Below are positions 41,152 through 53,040 of a stretch of DNA of 64,000 bases, one piece after another; positions within the stretch are counted from its first letter, which is position 1; the number at the start of each line of letters is the position of its first letter. Source of the DNA: Octopus vulgaris (Eukaryota); the NCBI GenBank assembly GCA_951406725.2, contig OX597836.1, positions 30,938,001 to 31,002,000 on the forward strand, given 5' to 3'. The notes under the pieces are model-generated. The model was not told the origin of the DNA, ran no database searches, and saw only the letters and a program-made list of their open reading frames with translations. A program made the translations under genes and the position numbers.

Positions 41152-41468
41152 ATTAATACAGGTCAATGGTTAGTGCTATTATCTGGTATTGCAATGTTTG
41201 AGAAATATTGAAAAACCAAGTAAAAATACTAATCATTGACCTGTATTAATTTCTTTATAATTTGTATTATAAATATAGTTTTCCTGAAGTATTGACTAAA
41301 ATATTTGTATAAATGTTTTTAATTATTTCTTTTAAAGCCAAAACAATACAAATTATAAAGAAATTAATAGAGGTCAATGATTAGTATTTTTACCTGGTTT
41401 TTCAATATTTCTCAAACCTGAAACATTGCAATACCTGATAATAGCACTAACCATTGACCTGTATTAAT
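41152..41468. repeat. Inverted repeat with ~120-bp arms, each arm itself bounded by a 17-bp inverted repeat
   Basis: 41152-41268 is inverted at 41345-41468; attaatacaggtcaatg/cattgacctgtattaat occurs four times; ends in (TA)n. Confidence 0.9.
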
Positions 41469-41734
41469 ATATATATCATCATTATCATCATCATCATCGT
41501 TTAACGTCCGTTCTCCATGCTAGCATGGGTTGGACGGTTCAACCGGGGATCTGGGAAGCCAGAAGGCTGCACCAAGCTCCGGTCTTATCTGGCAATGTTT
41601 CTACAGCTGGATGCCCTTCCTAATGCCAGTTATATATATATATAGGGAGAGTTTATGAAAAAAACAAAAGACGAAGACAGGTGGTGTACAATACAAACAG
41701 ATGTATTAGTATAACGCTCAGGAATAGAAAAAGT

Positions 41735-41770
41735 ATTTTACGTTTCGAGCCTACACTCTTCTACAGAAAG
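41735..41770 (-). ncRNA. Minimal hammerhead-like motif with the variant core CUGUAGA
   Basis: Minus strand CTTT CTGTAGA A GAGT GTAG GCTC GAAAC GTA AAAT. Same architecture as the 35154 motif but with A6 replaced by U. Confidence 0.6.
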
Positions 41771-42257
41771 GGACACAGAAAAAACAAGGAGAGAAAAAAG
41801 GAATCAAATAATATATAGTATTATTATTAATATATTAGTATTGTTATTCAGTTTCTGTCTACCAAATCCACTCATAAGGCTTTGGTCGGCCCGAGGCTAT
41901 AGTAGAAGACACTTGCCCAAGGTGCCATGCAGTGGGATTGAACCTGGAACCATGTGGTTGGTAAGCAAGCTACTTACCACACAGCCTCTCCTATGCCTAT
42001 ATGATTAATTCAAAACAATGCGAATAAATAAGCTTTGCTTTTGATGGAGTAATTTGAATGCTAAAGGGTTGAAGTGCAAGCAGCATTAAAATGCTTTATT
42101 TGGGATTGTCATCTGTGGTCTCTTGACTGATGAAACCTGAGAGACACCAGTTCCAGTTGATTGAAATGATCCACAACTCTTCACTTTTATCTATTTTAGA
42201 ATTGACTTACCCCACCCCTAAAATTGCTGGTTCTGTGCCAGAATTTGAAACCAATAT

Positions 42258-42625
42258 TATTACCTCCGCCTTCGCCGAGGCAGAGGTATTGTTTACAGTC
42301 ATGTTTGTTTGTCCGTGGACAAGATATCTCAAGAACTGCTGGATGGATTCAGATGAAACTTTCAGGGATCTTTAGTCTCATGACTATCACAAACTGGTTA
42401 GATTTTGGGATCAATCCGGTACCGGGCAAGGATTCTGGATTATTTTTCCCGTTTTTTTTTTACTTAAGTTTTGAAGGCCGTTGGGTTCATTTTTAGTAAA
42501 CTCGTTTGTGAGAGCAGTCGAGTTGATTTCAGATATTCTCATTTAAAAAAATCATCTCCGGCTAATCATTGATAGGATGCTGGCGTTGCCTTGGCAGATG
42601 TTTGTGCTCTCTGAGTGCTCTTGTT
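42258..42625 (+). mobile_element. Helentron-associated (HINE-like) non-autonomous element; partial copies 25370-25630 and 27290-27540 on minus
   Basis: Starts ttattacctccgcc with a 5' hairpin (cctccgcc..ggcagagg) and a short (GTTT) array; ends with the subterminal repeat ccttggcagatg and a 3' hairpin gtgctc.ct.gagtgc followed by T-rich sequence. Confidence 0.65.
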
Positions 42626-43003
42626 CTACTTGTTATGATGTATTCAAGTGTTATACTTTAATGATGTTAATTATAAAATAAAATCAAAGACACAATCCAA
42701 ATCTTTATCAAAATGAAACAATGTTCTGAAGATCTATAAAGTCATGCATCAAAATAGAAATAAAATACAATATGGACTTTACACACAAGTTCCACTAATT
42801 ATCATAGTTGTACTAAAACTCATTAGTCTTCAATTCTCAGCTGTCCATACTTTATCTGAATAGAAGGAGGTGGTTTGGTTGCAACATGGTTGCTGTTCTG
42901 ACAAAAGGATATGTTTATTTAATGATATCAGCCAATATGTTTTATGGAATGAAAGAAACAAACAGTTTCTATAGATTTTTACTAATAATATATAGTAATT
43001 TTA

Positions 43004-43346
43004 GTGAAGGCGCATGGCTCAGTGGTTAGAGCGTCGAGCTTACGTTCGTGAGGTTGTGAGCTCGAATCCCGGACCGGGCTGGGTGTTGTGATCTTGAGCA
43101 AGGCACTTTATTTCACGTTGCTCCGGTTCACTCAGCTGTAGAAATGAGTTGCGACGTCACTGGTGCCAAGCTGTATCGACCTTTGTCTTTCCCTTGGATA
43201 ACACTGGTGGCGTGGAGAGGGGAGGCTGGTATGCATGGGCGACTGCTGGTCTTCCATAAACAACCGTGCCCGGACTTGTGTCTAGGAGGGTAACTTTCTA
43301 GGTGCAATCCCATGGTCATTCATGACCGAAGGGGGTATTTACCCTT
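43004..43346 (+). mobile_element. tRNA-derived SINE family D with a 13-bp TSD (second copy ~58939-59275; minus copy ~57575-57885)
   Basis: TSD tatagtaatttta at 42991-43003 and 43347-43359; A-box TGGCTCAGTGG, B-box GAGCTCGAATCCC. Confidence 0.9.
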
Positions 43347-43560
43347 TATAGTAATTTTAAGGTGATGAGCTTGTAGAATTGTTACTATGCCAGGCAAAAT
43401 GCTTAGCAGCATTTCATAGCTTCATGATCTGAGTTCAAATTCCACCGGTGTTGACTTCGCTTTTCATCCTTTTGGGGGTTGATAAAATAAGTACCAGTTA
43501 AGTACTGGGGTCGATGTAATTGATCTACCCTCTCCTTCGAACTTGCTGACCTTGTGCCAA

Positions 43561-43943
43561 AATTTGAAAGCAATATGTAGCAATTTGAAAGCAATATGTA
43601 GTAATCTGAAAGCAATATGTAGCAATTCGAAAGCAATATGTAGCAATTTGAAAGCAATATGTAGCAATCTGAAAGCAATATGTAGTAATTTGAAAGCAAT
43701 ATGTAGCAATCTGAAAGCAATATGTAGTAATTTGAAAGCAATATGTAGCAATTTGAAAGCAATATGTAGCAATTTGAAAGCAATATGTAGCAATTTGAAA
43801 GCAATATGTAGCAATTTGAAAGCAATATGTAGCAATTTGAAAGCAATATGTAGCAATCTGAAAGCAATATGTAGCAATCTGAAAGCAATATGTAGCAATC
43901 TGAAAGCAATATGTAGCAATTTGAAAGCAATATGTAGCAATTT
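43561..43943. repeat. 21-bp minisatellite, ~18 copies
   Basis: Unit aatYtgaaagcaatatgtagY, read directly. Confidence 0.97.
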
Positions 43944-44089
43944 TAAGGTGGCAAGATGGTAGAAATGTTACTGCACCCAGCAATTTGCTTAAGCTGCATT
44001 TCATCCATCTTTATGTTCCGAGTTCAGATTCCAGCAATGTCAACTTTGCCTTTCATCCATTTGGGGTTGATAAAATAAGTATCAGTAAT

Positions 44090-44503
44090 AGGCACAGGAA
44101 TGGCTGTGTGGTAAGTAGCTTGCTTACCAACCACATGGTTCTGGGTTCAGTCCTACTGCATGGCACCTTGGGCAAGTGTCTTCTACTATAGCCTCGGGCC
44201 GACTAAAGCCTTGTGCATGGATTTGGTAGATGGAAACTGAAAGAAGCCTGTTGTATATATGTATATATATATATATGTATGTGTGTGTATATGTTTGTGT
44301 GTCTGTGTTTGTCCCCCCAACATCGCTTGACAACTGATGCTGGTGTGTTTACGTCCCCATAACTTAACGGTTCAGCAAAAGAGGCCGATAGAATAAATAC
44401 TAGGTTTCCAAAGAATAAGTCCTGGGGTCGATTTGCTCGACTAAAGGCGGTGCTCCAGCATGGCTGCAGTCAAATGACAAACAAGTAAAAGAGTAAAAGA
44501 GTA
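44090..44503 (+). mobile_element. SINE family A copy inserted in a family B SINE
   Basis: Collinear with 2453-2850; interrupts a family B copy at aagtatcagtaat...gtaatgtactgggg. Confidence 0.85.
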
Positions 44504-45109
44504 ATGTACTGGGGTTGATGTAATTGACTTAGCCCCTCTCCTAAACTTGCTGGCTTATGCCAAAATTTGAAGACAATATGTAACAATTTATGACAGCAGT
44601 CGTGTTATTTCATTAACAACAATTTGAGAACAATTTAAGGCCACAATCACATTCCTTTCATTAATTACAATTCAAAGCAGCTGTCCTGTCTATTTCATTA
44701 ATTACAATATAAAGCACCCATCACATTCATTTTATCTTGATCATCATCATTGTGTTAATATCTTTTCTGTGCTTCCATGAGTTTGGCGGAACTTGTGGAG
44801 GTGAATTTTCTGTTGCTAACCCTCACCTATTTCCAAGTTATATAATATTTCTGCATGAGTAGACATGTTTACTGAGAATATCAGAAATGACACTGCTTGC
44901 ATAACAGGGATATAGCATAACAGAGATATAGCATAACAGGCTAAAGTAGAAGACACTTGCAGTGGGTCTGAACTCGGAACCATGTGGTTGGTAAGCAAGC
45001 TACTTACCACACAGCCACTCCTGTGCCTATTATTGTTTATTTAATTGGATATTTACTTTATAAAATATGTCTTGTGTTTGTAGATTGTTTCATTTGGGTT
45101 GTGCTATTG

Positions 45110-45290
45110 AATTAAATAGTGCCTTGCATAAGATGTGGGTGGTTCCCAGTAGGGCTATTTTTGGGGTTTGTGTGCAGTGTTGTGGATCCAAGTATGGCTT
45201 CTATGTTTTTGTTCATACGTTTTTTTCTTCATCATACCTAATGCTCCAATTATTACAGGTGTTGTTTTCACCTTCATGCTCCACTTATTG
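45110..45290 (-). mobile_element. Second R4/Dong-type C-terminal remnant
   Basis: NKWSMKVKTTPVIIGALGMMKK...KIALLGTTHILCKAL with frameshifts. Confidence 0.8.
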
Positions 45291-45727
45291 AATAGTGAAT
45301 ATCATCATCATTATCATCTTCATTATCATCTTCGTCATCGTCGTCATCTTCTTCTTCTTCTTTGTCATCATCGTCCTCGTCGTCGTCGTCCTCCTCCTCC
45401 TCCTCATCTGCGTTGTCGTCCTCATCATCATCAGCATCTATATTATTCAGTGGTGAGTTAGCAGAATTGTTACCATCCTGAACAAAATACTAAGTGGCAT
45501 TTCTTCTGATTTTATGTTCTGAGTTCGAATCCCACTGAGGTTGACTTCGCCTTTCATCTTTTCGTAGTCAAAAAAATTATGTACCAGTTGAGTCCTGGGA
45601 TCAATGTAATCAACTAGCCCCTCCCCATAAAACTGCTAGCTTTGTGCCAAAATTAGAATTATTATTACTGTTGTTGATGTTGTTGTTGCAGTAAGTATAC
45701 TCACACACACACACATATATATATATA

Positions 45728-45926
45728 TGAGTTGACACTGAAAAGTTCCTGGCTTTGGGTAAAATAAAATACAGGAGGATCAGTTAATTATGATTTTATT
45801 GAACATAGTCCTCTCTCAGATTCACACACTTATTGCAGAAATCCTTCAGTTTTTCTAAGTCCTGTAAAAGATCTTGGAAGGTGGATGATACCCTTAAAGC
45901 CAGGAACTTTTCAGCACCCCTGCATA
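45728..45926. mobile_element. Mariner-derived MITE
   Basis: TIR ctgaaaagttcctggcttt / aaagccaggaacttttcag within a TA context; residual minus-strand LEKLKDFCNKCVNLREDYVQ resembles a mariner C-terminus. Confidence 0.8.
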
Positions 45927-47231
45927 TGTGTGTGTGTGTGAGTGTGTGTGTGTATGTATGTATGTATGTGTGTGTGTATGTGTGTATGTTAGGGCATCCT
46001 TCTAGAGAAGGTAACTCAGGTAACTGGGATAACTCCGACATAAAACCTGCGGCTCAGTGGTTACCAATGATGTTGACTTGTTCTTCTTTTCGGATTATGG
46101 CTGCTGTTGCTTAGTGAGTGGGATTGACTCAGTACACAGCCTTTCCTCACTTTAAAAAAAATCTTCTTGCAAAGGCATTGCACGATAACAACATTGATTA
46201 AGCTTCGTGCAATGGCCATACTCGATAACGAGGGGGCAGTCACCATGTATGTATGTGTGTGTGTAAACTGGCAATCTTTTGGTTGCAATAACAAGGGTTC
46301 CAGTTGATCCGATCAATGGAACAGCCTGCTCATGAAATTAAGGTGCACGTGGCTGAGCACTCCACAGACACAAATACCCTTAATGTAGTTTTAGGGAGAT
46401 TCAACATGTGATAAGGCTGGCCCATTGAAATACAGGTACTACTAATTTTTGCCAGCTGAGTGTACTGGAGAAACATGAAATAAAGTGTCTTGCTCAAGGA
46501 CATGCATCACTGGGAATTGAACTCACGAGCTTACGACCGTGAACCGAATACTTTAACCACTAATCTATGCACCTTCACTGCATCTATGTAGAAAGGGAGA
46601 GAGAGAGAGCAAGAAAGTTAGTACTAATAGTCATCATAACACTCAGTATTGGTTAAAAATCTAAATATATCCTACATTACAGAATCGCAAAGAAGCAGAA
46701 CATGCTCAACACGAGTGATTTAATAGTCCAACAATTAATTATACTAGGAACATCATTAAAATATTAATTAAGAACACCTTGGCATTCTATTGACTGGAAC
46801 ACTATAATCAGATAATTAATTTTTTTTTGCTACACATCTATATTTTTATATTTTACAGTTTTTTAGTCATGTAACTATGTTTTTTTAAAACTTATAATAA
46901 CCATCTCTGCTTAGTTCATATCTTAATGAAGCATTTCTGTATAATATAATTAATCGCCAGGATGATTTAATTGCAAGATTGACCAGATAACATGAAATAC
47001 CTCAGAGATGTGGAAAGGGGATTATAAAAATCAAACAGGAGAGAATGGTAGCCATGGTTTCATTTTTGCCTTGTTGTCATACCTGGTTTGAGAGATGCTG
47101 ACATCACCTGGTGACTTTGGAATGCTGGGGTAACTGGCAAGATCAATGCATTGAACATTCATTTGAGCTGCAGCAATTCAACACCTGTAGGCATAAGGGA
47201 AAATGTGAACAGAAGGGGAATTCCAGTTCGA

Positions 47232-47798
47232 AGGCGGCGACCTGGCAGAAATGTTAGTGCGTCAGGTGAAATGATTAGCGGTATTTCGTCTGCCGCTACA
47301 TTCTGAGTTAAAATTCCGCCAAGGTCGACTTTGCCTTTCATCCTTTCGGGGTCAATTAAATAAGTATCAGTTGTGCACTGGGGTCGATATAATCGACTTA
47401 ATCCGTTTGTCTGTCCTTGTTTGTCTTCTCTGTGTTTAGCACCTTGTGGGTAGTAAAGAGATAAGTATTTCATCTGCTGCTACGTTCTGAGTTCAAATTC
47501 CACCAAGGTCAACTTTGCCTTTCATCCTTTCGGGGTCGATTAAATAAGTACCAGTTACACACTGTGGTCGATATAATCGACTTAATCCGTTTGTCTGTCC
47601 TTGTTTGTCCTCTCTGTGTTTAGCCCCTTGTGGGTAGTAAAGAAATAGGTATTTCATCTGCTGCTACATTCTGAGTTCAAATTCCACCAAGGTCGACTTT
47701 GCCTTTCATCCTTTCGGGGTTGATTGAATAAGTACCATTTACGCACTGGTGTCGATGTAATCGACTTAATCCGTTTGTCTGTCTTTGTTTGTCCTCTC
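47232..47798 (+). mobile_element. Head-to-tail trimer of SINE family B
   Basis: Units restart at gtatttcRtctg at about 47281, 47466 and 47649. Confidence 0.9.
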
Positions 47799-48839
47799 TA
47801 GGGCAAGGGTCTTCTACTATAGCCCTGGGCCAATCAAATTTTTGTGAGTGGATTTGGTTGAAAGAAACTGAAAAAAAGGCCATTGTATGTGCGTGTCTAT
47901 GTGTGTGTGGGGGTGTCCATGTCTGTCTCCTCCATCACTTGATAACTGATTTTGGTTTGCTTATGTCCACTTAACTTAGCTGCTTGGCAGAAAGAAACCA
48001 ATAAAATAAGTACCAGCATTCAAAAATGAAAAAGCACACTGGGATTAATTTGTTTAACTAAAACCCTTCAAGGCGATGCTCCAGCATGGTCACCATCCAG
48101 TGACTGAAACAAGTAAAATATATAAAATGGTAGTAGATGGATGTTCCTAATTCTGTACATAAGCATTGTCCTCTACATTGTCCATTTTCATAATTAAAAC
48201 TTGACATGACAAACCATTTCATATTCTGTCATAATTCAATTTGAGTAATCTCCCTTGCTTTTGTTTGGTTGAGTTGAATGCTGTTTGAAACAAGGTGTAG
48301 TCTTAATTAATTGAAGTTATGCTTTCTACATGAAGTGTGCTACCACTTACTTTCCTAGTCATCATCACTATAATCATCATTTAACTATCAGTTTTCTATG
48401 CATGCTTGTATAGGTTGAATGGAGTTTACTGAGGCCTGTTTTCTACAGCTGGATGCCCTTCCTGTAGCTAACCCTCACCTGTTTTCAAGCAAAATGATAT
48501 TTCTTCGTGGCCAGACATGTTTTTGCAGAATAATATAAATGAATGATACTACTTGTATGCTACTATCACGTGATGTTAGGCTAAGGACACACACACACAC
48601 ACACACAACATTTATATACATACATAAGCACACACACATACACCCACATACACACATACATATATATGATAGGCTTCTTTCACTTTCCATCTACCAGATC
48701 CGCTCACAAGGCTTTGGTCAGCTCAGGGCTATGGTAGAACACACTTGTTCAAGGTGTCACACAGTGGGACAGAACCCAGCACCATGTCGTTGGGAAGCAA
48801 ACTTCTTACCACACAGCCACTAATGTGAAACAACCTTGT

Positions 48840-49068
48840 TTAACCCTTTAGTGTTTGCATTATTCTGCCAAAATGAATGCTTCTTCATCCACTTTGTTTT
48901 GAACTAATCATGCATTATCTTGTAGCTGTGAGATTTTGATGAGGTAGCTGTTGATTTTTAAAACGATATTGTAGGATTGGTGTGAGAAACCAGATATGGC
49001 CAGTTTGAACATAAAACAGGCAGAATACTTTTGGCCGGATATGGCCGGTTTAAATGCTAAAGGGTTAA
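48840..49068. mobile_element. TTAA-flanked MITE (related copies ~912-1140, 23415-23575, 35560-35825)
   Basis: TTAA CCCTTTAG ... CTAAAGGG TTAA; internal sequence shared among the copies. Confidence 0.85.
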
Positions 49069-49175
49069 TTAAGATCAAATAAACACTGTATAATCCATTG
49101 CTTGATTAATGTATTCTGATGTTATCCCTTAACGATATATTTATGTGATATTATTTTTTTTTTTCTTTGTGACAG

Positions 49176-49359
49176 TTAAGTAAGAAACTGATGTATGCCT
49201 TGTCAGGAGAAGGGGAGTCCTCAGGTTCAGCCCAGGAGAATCAAGCACAGTCAAGTTCAACACAAGCATCATGTCAGAAAACCAAGGTTTGGTCCTTGGC
49301 AGCTTTACGCTCAGAGATCGTTAATATATTGAACAGTCACAAGCAACAAAGAAATCCAG
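49176..49359 (+). CDS. TBC1D2B: Internal coding exon, probably the linker after the PH domain of the same TBC1D2-like gene
   Basis: Strong acceptor (T)11ctttgtgacAG and donor CAG|GTAAGG. Open frame LSKKLMYALSGEGESSGSAQENQAQSSSTQASCQKTKVWSLAALRSEIVNILNSHKQQRNP(G). Its phase 0 start is compatible with the 6353 donor. WSL...RSEI.N resembles the remembered post-PH motif (YSL....NELKN) of TBC1D2B. Confidence 0.7.
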
Positions 49360-49408
49360 GTAAGGTTACAGACAATCGATCACCTGACTTTTGTGATTAG
49401 ACCTTCAT

Positions 49409-50767
49409 TAAGCCTTTCACTGCAAAATTAAATTTCATTGTTATTCTAGTCATGATGTTAAGTATCTACCAAAAAATAGAATTGTTATTTTCTGTAAGGC
49501 ATATTCTTTTCTACTCTAGGCATATAAGGCCCGAAAGAGGGGGCTAGTCGATTAGATCAACCCCAGTACGCAACTAGTACTTAATTTATCAATCCTGAAA
49601 GAATGAAAGGCAAAGTTGACCTCTGCAGAATTTGAACTGAAAAAATCATTCGAGCAAGGTCATTGCCAGTGCCACTGGACTGGCTCCTGTGCAGTTGGTA
49701 CATAAAAAGCACCATTTGAGCGTGGCCGTTGCCAGTACCGCCTGACTGGCCCTCGTGCCGGTGGCACGTAAAAGCACCCACTACACTCTCGGAGTGGTTG
49801 GCATTAGGAAGGGTATCCAGCTGTAGAAACTTTGCCAGATCAGATTGGAGTTTGGTGCAGCCATCAGGTTCACCAGATCTCAGTCAAATCGTCCAACCCA
49901 TGCTAGCATGGAAAACGATGATGATTGATGTTAAGACGGATGAAATACCTCAAAGCATTTCGCCTGGCATGCTAACGTTTCTGCCAGCTCACCGCCTATG
50001 GCATATTGCCTCAAAGATAGTATATCTCAAAAAAAAAAAAACAGCTTTAAACATGACATTCCTCAACAAAAGATAGATTGGAATATAAAACCGCTTTTTG
50101 TAAGTTAAGGGTAATGAAACTTTAATTGGATATATCTGATTTTTGCAGTAAAACGGTTAAAATCAAAGTAGGGGACATTGGATAATGTGGTCCTGAATTC
50201 AGTATATCTGAAAAGAAGTAGGATAGTCATGGTTGGACTATCTTTGATCACAGGTTTGATGAGGGGTCCCTTAACTTGTTTACTGCAAAATTAAATTTCT
50301 TCATTATTCCAGTAATGATGTTAAACATCAACCAGAAAATAGAATTGGCATTTTCTGCAAGTCTTGTTGCCTCAGTAAACTTGACATATCTCAATAGAAA
50401 ATAGTTTCAAACATGACATTTTTCATCAAAAGATAAATTGGTATATAAAAAATAAGGCGGCAAGCTAGCAGAATCGTTAGCATGTCGGGCGAAATGCTTA
50501 GCGGTATTTCGGCTGCCGTTACGTTGTGAGTTCAAATTCCGCCGAGGTCGACTTTGCCTTTCATCCTTTCGGGGTCGATAAATTAAGTACCAGTTACGCA
50601 CTGGGGTCAATGTAATCGACTTAACACCTATCTCTGTCCTTGTTTGTCCCCTCTATGTTTAGCCCCTTATGGGTAATAAAGAAATAGGCATATAAAAACT
50701 GCTTTTTGCAGTTATGGTTAATGAAATTTTGAATGGGTATATCTGATTTATGCAGTAAAAGGGTTAA
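49409..50767. mobile_element. Two adjacent diverged copies of a TTAA MITE, each interrupted by SINEs
   Basis: actgcaaaattaaatttc...gcagtaaaaSggttaa at ~49409-50160 and ~50271-50767. The first contains SINE B (TSD ggcatatt) with family E nested inside; the second contains SINE B 50455-50688. Confidence 0.7.
50455..50688 (+). mobile_element. tRNA-derived SINE family B, full length (other copies ~6690-6910, 19793-20010, 22202-22431, 56690-56920 on minus; 38840-39010 on plus)
   Basis: A-box TAGCAGAATCGTTAG, B-box GAGTTCAAATTCC, conserved gcctttcatcctttcggggtcgat block; flanked by a ggYatataaaaa direct repeat. Confidence 0.9.
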
Positions 50768-50904
50768 TTTAGTAAAATCTCTTCTTAATGATGTCATACA
50801 CTTATACAACATAGTGATCCAATAACTATTTTAATTTAATTAATAACGGCAATGTACTTGCATAGCAAGTGATTTGATCTGAGATCGTGTGCTGAAATTA
50901 AAAC

Positions 50905-51204
50905 AATTGCAGCGTGGAAGGTGTTTGTAAGCCATTTAAGAAACACACAAAAGCCGTTCGATTCACTTCAACATTTAAGTTTAATTTGTCAAAATATTTT
51001 CGTCGCTTTAAGACCGTGACCTGTTCACTGACAAAAATCCGTGCTGCATCTGAGCTCAGATGCAGCATGGATTTTTGTCAGTGAACAGGTCACGGTCTTA
51101 AAGCGACGAAAATATTTTGACAAATTAAACTTAAATGTTGAAGTGAATCGAACGGCTTTTGTGTGTTTCTTAAATGGCTTACAGACACCTTCCACGCTGC
51201 AATT
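50905..51204. repeat. 300-bp palindrome with no spacer
   Basis: Centre ctgag|ctcag at 51054/51055; the arms are reverse complements with about two mismatches seen by eye. Confidence 0.95.
51074..51124 (+). ncRNA. Hammerhead-like motif with a G3-C8 swapped core (mirror copy at 50985-51035 on minus)
   Basis: TTTGTCA GTGAACA G GTCAC ggtcttaaa GCGAC GAAA ATAT T T TGACAAA: 7-bp stem I, core GUGAACA instead of CUGANGA, stem II 4/5 paired, GAAA, palindromic AATATT stem III. Confidence 0.65.
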
Positions 51205-51516
51205 TGATTAATGAAATATGGATATGATCAGAGTAAACTGCAAACTGAATTCTGAGGTGGAGTAATGGTATCATGTAGTTGGTTGAATCAAACTTCAATA
51301 CATGTTTTTTGTGTTTCTTTACATCTGTTTCTGTTCTCTTAGGAACAGGTGTGGCTGTGTGGTTGAGAAGCTTGCTTCCCAGTCATGTGGTCTTAGGTTC
51401 AGTCCCACTGTGTGGCACCTCAGGCAAGTATCTTTTATTACAGCCCAGGGCTAACCAAAGCCTTGTGAGTGGATTTGGTTGACGAAAACTGAAAGAAACC
51501 CACTGAGTGTGTGTGT

Positions 51517-51552
<36 letters not shown>

Positions 51553-51916
51553 CCTTGTCTAGACATCATTTGGTGGTTGTAAATGAGCAGCTCAGCCATG
51601 CTTCCATGGGTCAGTCAGAATTTGGTGAGGTAGTTTTTCTACACCTAGATGCCCTTTCTGTCATCAGTCCTCAGCTTTTTTCAAGCGAAGTAATATCTCC
51701 CCGTGGCCAGATATGTCTTTCATGGACAGTTAGAAACGAAGGAAACCGTTTCTGCAATGATGACTCTCATTTACAACTGTTGCAGGATGTCAAAACAGAC
51801 AGACAAGCAGACAGATACACACATGCATGCATGCGCACACCCACACACACCTACATAAATGTGTGTGTGTGTTTATACATACATACATACATACGTACGT
51901 ACGTACGTACGTATTT

Positions 51917-52040
51917 ATAACCAAAATAAGCAACAAGGATATCCAGTTGATGTAATGTTTGCATTGTTCAATTAAATGGAGTTGCTTGAAACGATTGTAC
52001 TGCATTACCTCTGGATATCCTTGTTGCTTATTTTGATTAT
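51917..52040. repeat. Short inverted-repeat remnant of the 3728-4039 family
   Basis: caaaataagcaacaaggatatccag ... ctggatatccttgttgcttattttg enclosing the 3' half of a hammerhead (GAAACGATTGTACTGCA). Confidence 0.8.
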
Positions 52041-52135
52041 AATCGCCTTATTTTAAATTATATGGATAATACCATACTAAATTCTGGTGCCTTCAACTTA
52101 AGTACCATATTCATCTGAATCTAAATTTTACTGAA

Positions 52136-52185
<50 letters not shown>

Positions 52186-52719
52186 CACACACACACATAT
52201 ATATATATATATGTATACCTATATATATAGTATACATGTATGTATCTCTCTCTCTCTCTAAGATATTTCAAATAACTTTTGTCTGCCAGTGACCCAGGTG
52301 GCTATGTCTAACTCAATAGAACCACGAGAACACATATTATGTTCCCTATAGATGTGTTTTTTTTTATGAAACAGCTGGAATTTAAAGTTTTTTGTAATCT
52401 CTTACATGAATATTTCTGAAAAATTTAACCAAAAATTTATTAGTTTTCCCAAGACAATTCTTATTCAAAGAATATAATGAATATTTTATTGAAATTATTT
52501 TATGAAAAATATCTAAAAATAAATTTAGGTTAGAGTACTTATATTTCAGATGTTATTAGTTACTTCAGTCATTTCATTACAGACTGACTGTATGTAGTTT
52601 TGGCATTGATATTTAACTACAGGCCAATTGTTGTTGGGTAGAGCTATGATCAAAGGCATTCCATCTGTGACCATCTTGTCTTTTTAGAGAATATTTACAA
52701 TCACATTATCTTCTTCTTC

Positions 52720-53040
52720 AGCTGTCTGTTGCAGGTCAATGTTGCCTGTTCTTGTTCTGTAACCATCTCTGGCAGGCTTGCATACGGGCTACAAGTCCTG
52801 CTCTTGATCTGCAGCAGTGATGGCACCTGCTGCAGGTGAAGCTACCTGATGCAACGGAGAAATGATGCCTCTCAGGTGCTTTTTCATATTCTTTTTGTTG
52901 TTTTTCCTCAATGCCTGGCTTTACAAGCTTCAGCAAAAAGCACCATTCATCATGCTGGTGTCTGGGGAGATGCTGGAGTTCTTCATATGTCTCCTCAGCA
53001 CATGTGTAATGTGGAATACCGAAGAGTCTTCTCAACTAAA
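52720..53040 (-). mobile_element. RTE-type LINE C-terminal remnant with a zinc-finger-like motif
   Basis: FTCSRCHHCCRSRAGLVARMQAC near the stop, followed by a short UTR and (GAA)n tail. Confidence 0.65.

Noticed and set aside
43403-44004. Long ORFs on both strands with 7-aa periodicity; superficially CRISPR-like array
   Set aside because: A pure 21-bp tandem repeat with no unique spacers, no cas genes and a eukaryotic context.
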